This document shows positions 1 through 9,367 of a DNA stretch of 64,000 nt, piece after piece (the first letter of the stretch is position 1; every line of letters starts with the position of its first letter). The notes beneath the pieces are model-generated. The model saw only the letters and a list, made by a program, of their open reading frames with translations, was not told the origin of the DNA and did not search any database. The stretch comes from Pseudomonadota bacterium (GTDB lineage: Bacteria; Desulfobacterota; Desulfobacteria; Desulfobacterales; C00003106). The position numbers were made by a program, and so were the translations under genes. The stretch lies in the NCBI GenBank assembly GCA_043818915.1, contig JBDRFJ010000242.1, positions 1,810 to 65,809 of the forward strand, given 5' to 3'.

Positions 1-1
1 G

Positions 2-379
2 GAAACCTACACCCTTGAGACAGAGATCGGGTTCTTGACTGGTGAGACCTACACGTTCTTTGAGAATGTGAGTCTTGACGTTGAGGTTGGCACAGATACC
101 GCAACCCGCATGGAGGATGTCATTGCTGAACTGAGCGCGCTTTCGATTGCACACAAAGAAGAGTCCAAGGTCAAGAAGGTGATTAAACACCTCGAAAAGG
201 TACAGGAACGGACCATTACGACCAAAAAGGATATTAAGAAAAACATCCACGATATCTTAAAGGCAATAAAATACCTGTTCGACATCAAGAGCGTTGACAT
301 TGCCGATATCAGACTGATGCTCGATACCCTTATGCGCATTGAGCAAGGAAGATACTATTTCTTTGTGCCGCCCGAGTAG
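2..379 (+). CDS. Hypothetical protein, 3' part (frame open from window edge); probable island cargo
   Basis: Frame open from nt 2 (ETYTLETEIGFLTGETYTFF...) to TAG at 377-379; beta-like segment then helical C-terminus; no family recognised. Confidence 0.6.
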   Translation, partial: ETYTLETEIGFLTGETYTFFENVSLDVEVGTDTATRMEDVIAELSALSIAHKEESKVKKVIKHLEKVQERTITTKKDIKKNIHDILKAIKYLFDIKSVDIADIRLMLDTLMRIEQGRYYFFVPPE

Positions 380-660
380 TGGCCAAACAGTACTACAGTA
401 TCAACATTGACGATTCTGATGACAATAGGATAATCGAGCGGCTTGTTCACAGAGTGAGAATCAGGGTAAACAAGCGATCGTACGAATGGAGGCGAAGATG
501 CTCCGAGCGGGCCGTTATTCTTGGTGTATCCGATAGGCTTGTAGAAAAGTGGTGGCGGGATGGAATAATAACCAACAAAAGATCTGTGGCAAAGATTGCG
601 CCGTCAATGACCCCGACCTTAACCAGATATTTCAAAATTTTTGGGACAAACTTTCTATGA
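379..660 (+). CDS. Small basic hypothetical protein (doubtful)
   Basis: 93-aa GTG-start ORF abutting the previous stop; no recognised motif. Confidence 0.3.
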   Translation: MAKQYYSINIDDSDDNRIIERLVHRVRIRVNKRSYEWRRRCSERAVILGVSDRLVEKWWRDGIITNKRSVAKIAPSMTPTLTRYFKIFGTNFL

Positions 661-669
661 AAGTAAGCT

Positions 670-766
670 GATGGTATCCCGGCGGTACCCCCCGAAAAAA
701 TTAAGCACTTGATTATATTGAAAATAGTATGTGGATACGTGGGTTCGACTCCCGCCGCCTCCACCA
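670..766 (+). mobile_element. Probable attR: duplicated 3' end of tmRNA (ssrA) with arm-type repeats and IHF site
   Basis: 741-766 GGGTTCGACTCCCGCCGCCTCCACCA matches the tmRNA T-arm and acceptor 3' strand, with no matching 5' strand upstream; TAAGCACTTGATT (702-714) fits the IHF consensus; 11-bp direct repeats GATGGTATCCC/GGCGGTACCCC (670-691). Confidence 0.75.
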
Positions 767-795
767 TTCCAACACTAAAAAAACTACTCCCTTTT

Positions 796-1653
796 ATGAT
801 CAAACTCTGTTTCAGCATCCCACTCTCCTGGGAAGAACCCTTGTTTGAATTCTGTGAAACTGTTCTTAACACAACTCCGTTCTCAGAAGATATGGGAAAG
901 GGGCTCTGCTTGAACCTTCTCTTTGAAAGCGAGGAGGAAAAAAAGAGCGCGCTTCCTAAGCTACAATCTTTTTGGGATACCTTGAACACCTTGTGGGAGA
1001 CCAATCATCCTTTTTGTCCCGAACTCACTGTAATCGATGCGGACTGGAGCACCAAGTGGCAAAAATTCTATAAAACAATCCACGTCACGCCGAACCTTAC
1101 CATTAAACCGGAATGGGAAGAATACCGTACAAGAAACTCTCAAGAGGTTGTGCTGGTTATCCGTCCTAAGAACGCCTTTGGCACCGGAACGAGTGAGACC
1201 ACCCAGATTGCACTAAGGATGTTGGAGCGTGTTGTTTATCCTGGATGTCGGGTGCTGGACATAGGGACCGGAAGCGGCATACTTGCCATGGCCGCGGAAA
1301 AATTCGGCGCAGGTCATGTTGATGCCATTGATAATGACCCTGATGTTTTTGAAAATATCAAGGAACACTTGACTCTTAACACCTGTTCTAAAATCAATCC
1401 TATTCATACGGAATTCCAACAATTCTCTCCCGAAAAACAGTATGATGTAATGGTAAGTAATCTTATCCTCTCTCAGATAAAACATCTAATTCCCCGTGTT
1501 ACCGGCATCCTCTCTCCCGAAGGTCGCTGGATCGTATCCGGAATACTGGCCGAACAGGAAGAACTCTTTTTCAAAATAGCAGCTCAACACGGTTTTTCAA
1601 AGGTCGACTGGGAACAATCGGGAGAATGGGCAGGGGGAATACTAAGAAAGTAA
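796..1653 (+). CDS. prmA: Ribosomal protein L11 methyltransferase
   Basis: DW..KWQKFYK, P..AFGTG..ETT, VLDIGTGSGILA, AIDND, IVSGIL motifs; start moved to ATG 796 because the ORF extension overlaps the tmRNA fragment. Confidence 0.9.
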   Translation: MIKLCFSIPLSWEEPLFEFCETVLNTTPFSEDMGKGLCLNLLFESEEEKKSALPKLQSFWDTLNTLWETNHPFCPELTVIDADWSTKWQKFYKTIHVTPNLTIKPEWEEYRTRNSQEVVLVIRPKNAFGTGTSETTQIALRMLERVVYPGCRVLDIGTGSGILAMAAEKFGAGHVDAIDNDPDVFENIKEHLTLNTCSKINPIHTEFQQFSPEKQYDVMVSNLILSQIKHLIPRVTGILSPEGRWIVSGILAEQEELFFKIAAQHGFSKVDWEQSGEWAGGILRK

Positions 1654-1737
1654 TATCGAAATTCGAATTTAACAGCGTGGAAAGTTGAGGAAATTATTTT
1701 ATTGTCAATGCTAAGTTATTAGCAACTTAGTAAGAGC

Positions 1738-2934
1738 TCAGTCCACCAGTTGAGAAACCGGGACAATCTCTACGTCCTTTTTTAAATTGGAAAGCTCTGC
1801 CTTTAAAATACGATATGTCAATCTGTGCGGATGGATAATTCCGATAGCAGATCCCCTTGACCGCGCAATACTTGCCAATTGTTTTATCTGCGCCCGTATA
1901 AAACTTTCGTCCTCAAAGTGATCCAAAAAGACTTGCCGTTCGGCGAATTTCAGTTTTATCTCCCCTGCAACCTGTCTGGCACAGGTGCGCGTCGTGGTTC
2001 GACTGTCTACAAAGAAAAGATCTCTCTCCTTCAATTGCTCAAATACACTTTTCATTCGGCCCCGGTCTGCTGTGAATTTAGACCCCATATGATTGTTCAC
2101 TCCTACGATATATGGGATGTCATCCAGATCCGCTTCGAGCTGAGCAAGGAGTGCTTCCGTATTCATGGAGGTGAGCAGGACTCCTTCTCCCGGATTGACC
2201 TTAGGGTATTCCAGGGGCTCCATTGGAAGGTGAAGCATAACATCACGGCCTTTTTTATGGGCAATAGCCGCGATCTTTTTTTTGTACGGGCTGAAGGGAA
2301 AGATGGAAACAGTAATTGACGCGTCAAGCGATAGGAAATCAAGGGCCAATCGTTTGTCATATCCTACGTCATCAAGAATAATAGATACTTTTGGAAGTTC
2401 TTTGAGGACAGGGGGCGGCGGGACCCTTTTCAATTCCTTTAAAAAGAGAAGGCGATGGGTTGGATGCTGGTCAAGACTGACGTGGAGAACTACAGGATAA
2501 CGGCCATCTGACGCAATCTGATAGGTAGCGCCGGGGACCTGCTTGGAAAGGTACCGGTCAAGTATTGTCTTTATGTCCGCTTTAGACGGAAATTTCGGAG
2601 GCCGAATCTCTAATACGGCAAAGTTCCAATGCAGGTCTTTTGAATACTTACGATAAACGGACTGGAACTCTACATCGTCCACGGACACGCCAAGCTCTAA
2701 CAGGCCGGCATATATCGCCCGATCAAGATATTGTAAACGAACCTCGAAATTTTTAGATGGATATATTTCAAATAGTGGGGACTTGTAAGGCGATCCGTTT
2801 CCCTCAAGAAGGTCCCTTGCAAAAAAATATACGCCGGCTGCCACGCATACGCCAAGCGCGAAAAAAAGAATTGTCCGGAACGATTTTTTTTTACTGGCTT
2901 TCCTGCGCGCGGTTTTAGATACTTGTTTTTTTAT
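1738..2934 (-). CDS. Divergent polysaccharide deacetylase (YibQ/DUF610 family)
   Basis: IILDDVG, MLHLPMEP, NNHMGS, FFVDSRT, VFLDH, IGIIHP; in-frame basic plus TM N-terminus extends to ATA at 2934; typical position downstream of envC/ctpA. Confidence 0.85.
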   Translation of the reverse strand: MKKQVSKTARRKASKKKSFRTILFFALGVCVAAGVYFFARDLLEGNGSPYKSPLFEIYPSKNFEVRLQYLDRAIYAGLLELGVSVDDVEFQSVYRKYSKDLHWNFAVLEIRPPKFPSKADIKTILDRYLSKQVPGATYQIASDGRYPVVLHVSLDQHPTHRLLFLKELKRVPPPPVLKELPKVSIILDDVGYDKRLALDFLSLDASITVSIFPFSPYKKKIAAIAHKKGRDVMLHLPMEPLEYPKVNPGEGVLLTSMNTEALLAQLEADLDDIPYIVGVNNHMGSKFTADRGRMKSVFEQLKERDLFFVDSRTTTRTCARQVAGEIKLKFAERQVFLDHFEDESFIRAQIKQLASIARSRGSAIGIIHPHRLTYRILKAELSNLKKDVEIVPVSQLVD

Positions 2935-2943
2935 AAAAGACCC

Positions 2944-4284
2944 CTATTTACCTGTTGCTTGTTGAGACATCTTTGAAAAAATATCCCAACTGGTCAGTAT
3001 CTGTAAAGCTTCCATTACTTGATTGTCCTTTGCCAACAATGTCTCCGCGGCCTTTGTATCCTTATCGTTATCATCAGAAACCGTATCTGATTCAGGGGTC
3101 TCAATATCGTTATCGCTTTCAATATGGTTCTTCAGATCCTTCTCCTTTATATGTTTTTCCTCTTTTTCTCCTGAAATCTCTCTGACTTTTACTTCAATGT
3201 CAGGAATAATACCTCGAGCCTGTATCGAATTTCCGCTGGGAGTATAGTAGCGAGCAATTGTCAATTTAAGGCCGGACCCGTCTCTCATCGGCTCTATAGC
3301 CTGGACCGAACCTTTCCCAAAAGACGATGTCCCTAATATAAGCGCCCGCCCATGATCTTGCAGCGCGCCTGCTACAATTTCAGCAGCGCTGGCGCTTCCG
3401 CCATTAATAAGGACAATGATGGGGTAAGTCCTTTTTTCTTTGTCGGGATGGGCCGTATAGGTCTTATTGTGAGCCTTAATCCGTCCCTTAATGGATACAA
3501 TGGTACCATCTTCCAAAAAGAGATCCGCGACTTTTATTGCCTGATCTAAAAGTCCTCCAGGGTTGTGGCGTAAATCCAAAACCAGACCCCGCATAGGGAC
3601 CTTCTCTGATTCAAGTTTACTTAGAGCCTTTTCCAAATCTTCTGTGGTCTTGTCCCTGAAGTTTGTAATGCGAATATATCCATAGCCATCCTTTAGAGAA
3701 AAAGACCGAACACTTTTAAGGGGGATAATATCGCGTGTGATGCTGAAATCCTTTGGTTTTTCAAGACCTTCCCGAATAATCGTGATGGTCACTTTAGTCC
3801 CCTTCGGCCCACGCATTTTTTTGACCGCCTCTTCAAGGGCCATGTCCTTTGTGTTTGCACCGTCTACCTTGATGATCTTATCTCCCGCTTCAATCCCAGC
3901 GCCAAAAGCAGGGGTTCCTTCTATAGGCGAAATTACCGTGATTACCCCCTCCACCTTGGTAATTACGATGCCGAGCCCTCCAAATTCTCCATGTGTATCG
4001 ATTTGAAGCTCTTTATAGTCATCCGGCAGGAGATAAGAAGAATGGGGATCAAGGGAACCAAGCATCCCCTTAATTGCTCCTCTAATCAGTTCTTTCGAAT
4101 CTACAGTATCAACATAGTTTTTCTCCACTATATCCAACACGTCTGTAAATATCTTTAATTCCTCATAGGTTTCATCCGTGCCGGCTACCAGTCTTTTATG
4201 AAAACCGCCTCCTATTATAAGAAATAGCGCGGAAAAGATCAGGACAGACCATAGAACCGTCCTTTTTTGTCTTGACTTGGCCAT
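2944..4284 (-). CDS. ctpA: Carboxyl-terminal processing protease (S41)
   Basis: PDZ domain, DLRHNPGG, SASAAEIVAGALQD, FGKGSVQ; ATG 4284 with GGGAGG RBS. Confidence 0.93.
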   Translation of the reverse strand: MAKSRQKRTVLWSVLIFSALFLIIGGGFHKRLVAGTDETYEELKIFTDVLDIVEKNYVDTVDSKELIRGAIKGMLGSLDPHSSYLLPDDYKELQIDTHGEFGGLGIVITKVEGVITVISPIEGTPAFGAGIEAGDKIIKVDGANTKDMALEEAVKKMRGPKGTKVTITIIREGLEKPKDFSITRDIIPLKSVRSFSLKDGYGYIRITNFRDKTTEDLEKALSKLESEKVPMRGLVLDLRHNPGGLLDQAIKVADLFLEDGTIVSIKGRIKAHNKTYTAHPDKEKRTYPIIVLINGGSASAAEIVAGALQDHGRALILGTSSFGKGSVQAIEPMRDGSGLKLTIARYYTPSGNSIQARGIIPDIEVKVREISGEKEEKHIKEKDLKNHIESDNDIETPESDTVSDDNDKDTKAAETLLAKDNQVMEALQILTSWDIFSKMSQQATGK

Positions 4285-4334
4285 ACAACCTCCCTTGTTC
4301 GCGGTAATCCGCAATTTAGAATAAAGCTTAATCA

Positions 4335-4452
4335 ATCCACAGATTACGCAGATTTCAAAAAGACCCCAAAACATTGAAATGAAAATTTGCGAAAAGCCGA
4401 CTTCGCCATAGTAGCTTTGGCTACGACGGCTGAATCTGTGAAATCTGCGGAT
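4335..4452. repeat. 9-mer periodic inverted-arm element (GCAGATTAC type) with nested REP-like palindrome
   Basis: ATCCACAGATTACGCAGATTTC ... AATCTGTGAAATCTGCGGAT; same arms at 25665-25805. Confidence 0.8.
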
Positions 4453-4542
4453 ATAATTTCCTACACAAGAAAAAATTTGTGCTGTGTGCTGCAAGCATAA
4501 TCTTATTGTATCATTTTAAAACAAGAGAGCAACTCTCTTATT

Positions 4543-4610
4543 CCTAAGTTGAGCGATTTTTGAGGAAGAGATGTGCCAATATCTCTTCCTCAAAAATCGC
4601 TTAATTTAGG
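4543..4610. repeat. 30-bp near-perfect hairpin (MITE remnant or terminator)
   Basis: CCTAAGTTGAGCGATTTTTGAGGAAGAGAT-8nt-ATCTCTTCCTCAAAAATCGCTTAATTTAGG with 2 mismatches. Confidence 0.85.
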
Positions 4611-4621
4611 TTATTATCTTT

Positions 4622-5872
4622 TTAGCCCCTCTTGCGCTCCTTGGTCTTCTTTGAACTCTTCAGCCACGCTACAGGATCTGTTGGTTTGCCATGATGGCGA
4701 ATTTCAAAATACAGTCCGGTGCCTTTAAGCGATCCGGTGTCCCCGACTACGCCAATGGTTTCGCCGCCTTTGACACGGTCTCCCACTTTCTTGGAAAGAC
4801 TCAAAGCATGAGCCGACAGGGTATAATACCCCTCGCCGTGATCAATAATAATGATATTGCCGTATCCCTTGAACCACCCTGCGTATATTACCGTACCGTC
4901 GTAAACCGCGCCAATGGCCGTTCCTTCCTTTGCCTTGATGTCGATCCCGTTTTGAAAATGATATATATTAAATGTCGGGTGCTTGTATTTGCCAAAAGAA
5001 GTTACGATGGAACCTTCTACCGGTAGTGGGAGGCGCCCCTTTTGAGCTGAAAATAAGGGCATCCTCTTTGTTGTTTTTTTGGTTTCTTTTTTTGCGTCTT
5101 TTTCAAGTTGTTTTATAGTATCATCGAGTCGGCGGGAAACTTCTATCAGCTCCTCAAGCGCTGCATGGGCTGATTCCTTTTTGTTGTGAACATTGGCAAG
5201 AAGTTCAGTCCGTTTTGTTTTTTCGGCCGCAATTGTGCGCTGCTCTTTTAAGATTTTTACCTTAATTTTTTTAATGTCTTGATGCCGATTCTCAAGAGAT
5301 TCCGTCAATGAACTTAATTCTTCTTTCTTTTTCTGGAAATCATTCCATACTTGAACATCATAAGACAAAATGGTTTCAATTGCGTGATAACGCTGCCAAA
5401 GTTCAGCAAAAGATTGCGCGGAAAACAGAATGGGGACGATCCCCAATCGGCCAAGTTTGTAGTAAGCAATCAGTCGTTTTGCCGTATGTTCCTCTAAAAT
5501 TTCAAGTTCTTTTGTGTGCAGGGCTCTATCTTGTTCGATCTTTGTCATCTGTGTTTGGATATACGATTCTTCGGAAAGAAGGTTTTTGAGGCGACGCTTC
5601 GCCTGTTCAATAGTTCGGTCAAGACTGTCCAGTTCTGAGAGTAACTTCCGTTCCTGTCGAGTAAAGGTTTTTATTTCGTCCTTTTTTTTTCTTATCTTTT
5701 GTTGAACACTTTTTGCTTTGCCACGTTTTTTTTGTATATTTTCACTTAGGTCATAATGTTCACTTTCTGGGAAGGCAGGTTGCACATACGACAAGCTTGC
5801 CAACAGACACATAAGAAAGCTCAGGATAAGACTTTTAAAAATTTTTTTAATGATAAACAACTTCCTAACCAT
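4622..5872 (-). CDS. envC: Murein hydrolase activator, coiled-coil plus M23 domain
   Basis: Signal peptide, long coiled coil, GIDI/GYGNIIIIDHG/LYFEIR; downstream of ftsX. Confidence 0.85.
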   Translation of the reverse strand: MVRKLFIIKKIFKSLILSFLMCLLASLSYVQPAFPESEHYDLSENIQKKRGKAKSVQQKIRKKKDEIKTFTRQERKLLSELDSLDRTIEQAKRRLKNLLSEESYIQTQMTKIEQDRALHTKELEILEEHTAKRLIAYYKLGRLGIVPILFSAQSFAELWQRYHAIETILSYDVQVWNDFQKKKEELSSLTESLENRHQDIKKIKVKILKEQRTIAAEKTKRTELLANVHNKKESAHAALEELIEVSRRLDDTIKQLEKDAKKETKKTTKRMPLFSAQKGRLPLPVEGSIVTSFGKYKHPTFNIYHFQNGIDIKAKEGTAIGAVYDGTVIYAGWFKGYGNIIIIDHGEGYYTLSAHALSLSKKVGDRVKGGETIGVVGDTGSLKGTGLYFEIRHHGKPTDPVAWLKSSKKTKERKRG

Positions 5873-6714
5873 CCTGCTAACATTCCCAAAACAATAACCA
5901 ATGCCATCATGTCCACAGATAAGAACCTAACACGAAAATATGCAAGAGATAAATCCGTAATACTTACCCTGGAAACAAAACCCGAAAAGAGCATGTACAA
6001 AATGCCCAGGCTGATCAATCCTCCCAGCAGCCCGTGCAGAAGGCCTTGTATATAAAAAGGTATCTTTATAAAAAGTTTTGTCGCCCCTACCAGCTGCATA
6101 ATTTCCAGCTCTTCCCGTTTGGCATAAAGCGTTAATTTAATAGTATTTGAAATGATAAAAATTGCGATAAACAGCAAAAGGCCTCCTATTATAAAACCCA
6201 CCATTTTAAACAGATTAAGGAAGGCTAAGAATCGACCCAACCACGCCTGTCCATACTGAGCATCAGTAATGTCTTTTAGTTCTTTAATCTGGTTAACCAG
6301 TCCTTCGATAGCTTTTTGATCATAAAAAAATGGATTCAGGGTAACTTCGAACGAGGCCGGGAGAGGGTTTTCCCGCAATCCATCCAGCACCCCTACCTGG
6401 TGCTCCAACTGAGCTCTCAAACGGAGAAGCGCTTCATCCGGAGGCACAAAGATTACTTCGTTTACTCCGTAGAAACCCTTGAGCCGTTTCTGCACAAGAT
6501 CTATCCGTTCCTGATCCGCCCCTCTTGTTAAGTAGGCTACAATCCGTATATCTTCTTGCCATGAACCGACCAGATTATTCACATTTGCAAAAATAATGAT
6601 AAAAGTGGCCAGTATCAATAATACCAGCCCAATTGTCCCCACTGTTATCACATGCAAAAATTTATTGTTCCTGATATCTTGCAGCGCTCTTCTGAAAAAA
6701 ATCGATATATGCAA
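5821..6714 (-). CDS. ftsX: Cell division permease FtsX
   Basis: NPLPASFEV, ISNTIKLT..AKREELEIMQLVGAT..FIKIPF. Confidence 0.93.
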   Translation of the reverse strand: MHISIFFRRALQDIRNNKFLHVITVGTIGLVLLILATFIIIFANVNNLVGSWQEDIRIVAYLTRGADQERIDLVQKRLKGFYGVNEVIFVPPDEALLRLRAQLEHQVGVLDGLRENPLPASFEVTLNPFFYDQKAIEGLVNQIKELKDITDAQYGQAWLGRFLAFLNLFKMVGFIIGGLLLFIAIFIISNTIKLTLYAKREELEIMQLVGATKLFIKIPFYIQGLLHGLLGGLISLGILYMLFSGFVSRVSITDLSLAYFRVRFLSVDMMALVIVLGMLAGWLGSCLSLKKFLKVLS

Positions 6715-6816
6715 CTCCCAATATCTCCACGCATGTCAACGTCATTGGCTTAAATCCGAAACGAAGATCAACGTCACTCTGTACCTTCAAATTACAATTC
6801 CTAAATTCAGAATATT

Positions 6817-7464
6817 CTATACTATCCGCCCTTTATCCAAAAAGATTGCCCTATCGTTAGGCTTTGAGATAGGTCTCTTGTCGTGCGTTGCAACAATTAC
6901 GGTAGTGCCTCGCGTATGCAGTTGTCTTAGTAAGTTCAATACAATTCGAGAAGAATTGGCATCCAAATTTCCCGTGGGTTCGTCCGCAAGGAGGATCATA
7001 GGGTCGTTCACTACGGCCCTCGCAATAGCAATGCGCTGCTGCTCTCCTCCAGAAAGATAGAGAGGGTAGGAATTTATTCTATTTTCCAGTCCTACCATCC
7101 GTAGAACGTGCGAGACCTTTTTGCGAATATACTTCTTATCATGACCAGCCACTTCAAGGGGGAGGGCTATGTTCTGAAATACTGTTTGTGTATTGATAAG
7201 CTTGAAATCTTGAAATACAACACCTATCTTCCGTCTTAAGTAAGGGAGTCTTTTACTGTTTATTCGCTGGAGATTAGCGCCGTCTATGAGAACTTGACCT
7301 TTTGTTGCCCTCTCACCCAAATAGAGAAGTTTTAGAAGTGTGGTCTTCCCCGCCCCGCTCGGCCCATTTATAAAGACAAAATCACCCTTTTTAATATGCA
7401 GGCTAATATCGTCCAGAGCATTGCGCGCCCCATAGCTTTTGCAAACATGAAATGTGCGTATCAT
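6817..7464 (-). CDS. ftsE: Cell division ATP-binding protein FtsE
   Basis: GPSGAGKTT, LRRKIGVVFQDFKL, LSGGEQQR, LLADEPTGNLD. Confidence 0.93.
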   Translation of the reverse strand: MIRTFHVCKSYGARNALDDISLHIKKGDFVFINGPSGAGKTTLLKLLYLGERATKGQVLIDGANLQRINSKRLPYLRRKIGVVFQDFKLINTQTVFQNIALPLEVAGHDKKYIRKKVSHVLRMVGLENRINSYPLYLSGGEQQRIAIARAVVNDPMILLADEPTGNLDANSSRIVLNLLRQLHTRGTTVIVATHDKRPISKPNDRAIFLDKGRIV

Positions 7465-8402
7465 CCTCTCTTCTCTAAGACTTCAAGCACAGCTCGTTCT
7501 ATATCACCGGGCATCAATCCGAAACATTCTAATAGCTCGTTCGGTTTTCCAGATATCCCGAAACGGTCCGGGACGCCTATACGCTTAACAGGAACATGGC
7601 ACTCTTCCGAGACCACTTCAGCCACGGCGCTCCCCAAGCCCCCAATTATGGAATGCTCTTCTGCCGTGACAATGCCTCCAGTCTCCTGCGCGGCTTTAAT
7701 TAAAAGTGCTGAGTCAACGGGTTTGATAGTCGACATGTTGATAATTCGCGGACGGATCCCACGTTGCGCGAGGAGATCTCCGGCCGCAAGCGCTTGACTC
7801 ACCATAAAGCCGCAAGCCACAATGGTTGCGTCCGTTCCTTCACGAATGACATCCCCTTTGCCTATGGTGAACATATAGGCATCATCGTAAAGAACCGGAA
7901 AGTCTATACGAGAACTTCGGACATAAACAGGCCCTTTATGGGCAACCACCGTTTCCAGCGCCTTGCGCATTTCAGTGGAATCAGCAGGGACAATCACTGT
8001 CATGTTAGGCAAAACGCGCATCAAGGCGATATCTTCAATTGATTGGTGCGAGCCGCCGTCTTCTCCAACAGTAATCCCACCATGGCTTGCCACTATCTTA
8101 ACATTCACCTTGCTGTAGGCAATAGACTGTCTTATAGGCTCCCATGCCCGACCTGTTGCAAATATGGCAAAGGTACTGGCAAACGGGATTTTGCCGGCCA
8201 CTGCAAGACCGGCCGCGGTACCCATCATGTCCTGTTCAGAGACCCCCATATTAAAAAAACGGTCTGGGAACTTTTTGGCAAAGACCTTAGTCTTGGTAGA
8301 TCCGGAAAGGTCGGCATCCAATACTACAATATCTTTGTATTTTTCTCCAAGGAGGGCCAAAGTCTCTCCATATTGTCCCCGCACACTCTTTTTCTCTGTC
8401 AA
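7461..8402 (-). CDS. Transketolase, C-terminal subunit
   Basis: DADLSGST, GVSEQDM, GEDGGSHQ, EEHSIIGGLG. Confidence 0.92.
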   Translation of the reverse strand: MTEKKSVRGQYGETLALLGEKYKDIVVLDADLSGSTKTKVFAKKFPDRFFNMGVSEQDMMGTAAGLAVAGKIPFASTFAIFATGRAWEPIRQSIAYSKVNVKIVASHGGITVGEDGGSHQSIEDIALMRVLPNMTVIVPADSTEMRKALETVVAHKGPVYVRSSRIDFPVLYDDAYMFTIGKGDVIREGTDATIVACGFMVSQALAAGDLLAQRGIRPRIINMSTIKPVDSALLIKAAQETGGIVTAEEHSIIGGLGSAVAEVVSEECHVPVKRIGVPDRFGISGKPNELLECFGLMPGDIERAVLEVLEKRG

Positions 8403-8416
8403 TGTATGTCTCCCTT

Positions 8417-9292
8417 TTATAATTTTTTGTGTCCGAGCTCTTTCAGCGCCTGCTCCAACTCCTGATCGTTTGGGGCAAGCCCATGGTATTTCACCTTATT
8501 TTCAAATATTGAAACACCTTTTCCTTTAACGGTCTTGGCAATGATAATCGTCGGCTTTCCCTTAACCTCTTTAGCGGTTTTAAATGCATCCAGGATCTGA
8601 TCAAACCGATGCCCATCAATGTTGATTACGTGCCAGCCAAACGCCTTCCATTTGTCGGCGAGCGGTTCTATATTCATAACTTCTTCAACAGCACCGTCAA
8701 TCTGGAGACCGTTACGATCAAGAATAGCACACAAATTGTCTATTTTGTAATGTGCGGCAGTCATGGCCGCCTCCCAGATCATGCCCTCCTGGACCTCTCC
8801 ATCCCCCATCAGGACATATACCCTGGCATGATTTTTGTTCAGACGTAGCCCCAGGGCCATGCCGTTGGCTATGGAAAGACCCTGGCCCAGGGAACCGGTT
8901 GAGATCTCCACGCCGGGAGTTGACTTGGAGTCAGGATGTCCTTGAAGCATGCAGTTCATCTTTCTCAAGCGGCATAATTCATCGGCATGGATGTACCCAA
9001 AACGGCACAGCACCGCGTAATAAAGAGGCGCGGCATGCCCTTTGGAAAGAACAAATCGATCTCGGTCCTCCCAGTCCGGCTCTTCTGATCGATGACGAAG
9101 TTCTGTAAAAAAAAGCGTTGTTAAAAGGTCTGTGGCGGACAGAGACCCACCGGTATGACCCGAACCGGATTGATGAAGCATCTTGAGTATCTCAATTCGA
9201 ATCTGTCTCGCCTCTTCAGGTAGACGTTGAAGCGCCTCTTCACGACTGCACTGCATAGAGACACATGTCTTTGAATCGTTTGAATCAGCCAA
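8417..9292 (-). CDS. Transketolase, N-terminal (TPP-binding) subunit
   Basis: SGHTGGSLS, DRFVLSKGH, LQGHP, TGSLGQGL, GDGE..EG..WEA. Confidence 0.92.
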   Translation of the reverse strand: MADSNDSKTCVSMQCSREEALQRLPEEARQIRIEILKMLHQSGSGHTGGSLSATDLLTTLFFTELRHRSEEPDWEDRDRFVLSKGHAAPLYYAVLCRFGYIHADELCRLRKMNCMLQGHPDSKSTPGVEISTGSLGQGLSIANGMALGLRLNKNHARVYVLMGDGEVQEGMIWEAAMTAAHYKIDNLCAILDRNGLQIDGAVEEVMNIEPLADKWKAFGWHVINIDGHRFDQILDAFKTAKEVKGKPTIIIAKTVKGKGVSIFENKVKYHGLAPNDQELEQALKELGHKKL

Positions 9293-9367
9293 GTTACGTA
9301 AATCCTCCTATTTCTATTTTATTCTTCCAATAAAAAATATTACATTTCAATCACGTATTGCAAGCCC

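Noticed and set aside
400-790. Complete or permuted tmRNA, or a full tRNA gene
   Set aside because: No complementary 5' acceptor strand (GGGGGCG-like) at the expected distance upstream or after the CCA; only the 3' fragment is present.
447-1004. 185-aa minus-strand ORF
   Set aside because: Antisense to prmA and the tmRNA fragment (MVEAAGVEP is a typical reverse-strand T-arm translation).
1654-1737. Assembly chimera between prmA and the rest of the window
   Set aside because: No direct evidence; the spacer contains fragments resembling repeat types found elsewhere in the window.
4285-4494. 70-aa N-terminal extension of CtpA in the ORF track
   Set aside because: It runs through the 9-mer repeat element; a strong RBS and signal-like sequence start at 4284.
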